DNA of 64,000 nucleotides, taken from assembly GCA_013239625.1 (NCBI GenBank), contig MU053881.1, forward strand, positions 3,536,001 to 3,600,000, read 5' to 3'. Of the stretch, positions 63,365-64,000 are shown piece by piece (positions within the stretch are counted from its first letter, which is position 1; each line of letters starts with the position of its first letter). The position numbers and the translations under genes were made by a program. Origin of the DNA: Lama guanicoe. Lineage: Eukaryota. The notes beneath the pieces are model-generated. The model was given only the letters and a program-made list of their open reading frames with translations, made no database searches and was not told where the DNA came from.

Positions 63365-63750
63365 GAGGACATTGTATAAATTTCAACTCAAATTTAAAAT
63401 TCACATGACATTGCTCTGGCAATTGTACTTCTGGAGATGAAAAGCTATAGAAATACCCAAACATGAGCCCAAAGTTGAGTTACACTGTGGTATTATTTAT
63501 AATTTTAAAGAAGTGAAGACAACCTACATTTCTATCTATAAAGAACTGGCTAAATCAATTAAGGTATGTATATCAATGCAATTAAATATTATATAGCCAG
63601 TCAGAGGGAGATAAGATGGTTCTATATTAACTGACAATAAAATGGTCAAAATATATTTTTTTAAAAATTTAAGCAAATCACAGGATGATATGTATAGCAT
63701 TACCTTATTTAAGGGAAAAATAGAACTGTCTTAGGATATTTGTGAAGGAG
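63365..63750 (+). mobile_element. Ancient L1 3' fragment
   Basis: gcaattgtacttctggaga...attatttataatt...aactggctaaatcaattaaggta. Confidence 0.6.
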
Positions 63751-64000
63751 CACAGTTGGTCTAAATTCTCAACTCAACCATGAAGTCTTTTGGAGTTTAT
63801 TAGCATCCGGACTGAAGAGAGAGGAACAAAGATTGAGCTGTCTTGCTAACCTTTCCAGCCCAAGTGATGTGGCCATGTGATCTTCTTTTGTTGGGGGATG
63901 GTGTTAGTGGTACGTGATGTGACCACGACAGCAGGTAGTCACAAAAGTGAGCAGACTCCCACCCCTGCAGTCTGTCCTCAGGTGGCCTGGTTATGACGCA

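Overview
Mammalian nuclear DNA, most likely a camelid: it carries three tRNA-derived Vic-1-type SINEs and cetartiodactyl-style L1 3' ends. No intact protein-coding gene, RNA gene or CRISPR array is supported. Nearly all ORFs in the supplied track are chance ORFs or L1 ORF1/ORF2 debris. Most of the window is interspersed repeat (L1, L2, MIR, MaLR/ERV LTRs, hAT MITEs). The main signal is a decayed, intron-containing gene on the + strand that the ORF track misses. About 13 exon remnants between 1295 and 20899 splice by hand into ~380 codons with a Cys-rich C-terminal half and a natural-looking stop, but they carry 8 in-frame stops, one frameshift and several broken splice sites. This is a candidate unitary pseudogene whose 5' part lies upstream of the window. 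I cannot name the gene. The distal 43 kb looks intergenic, with a young ERV1-type solo LTR, a two-LTR MaLR element, a near-perfect CTCF motif and several repeat-free blocks that may be enhancers. Repeat family names and boundaries were judged by eye and are approximate unless target-site duplications (TSDs) are given.
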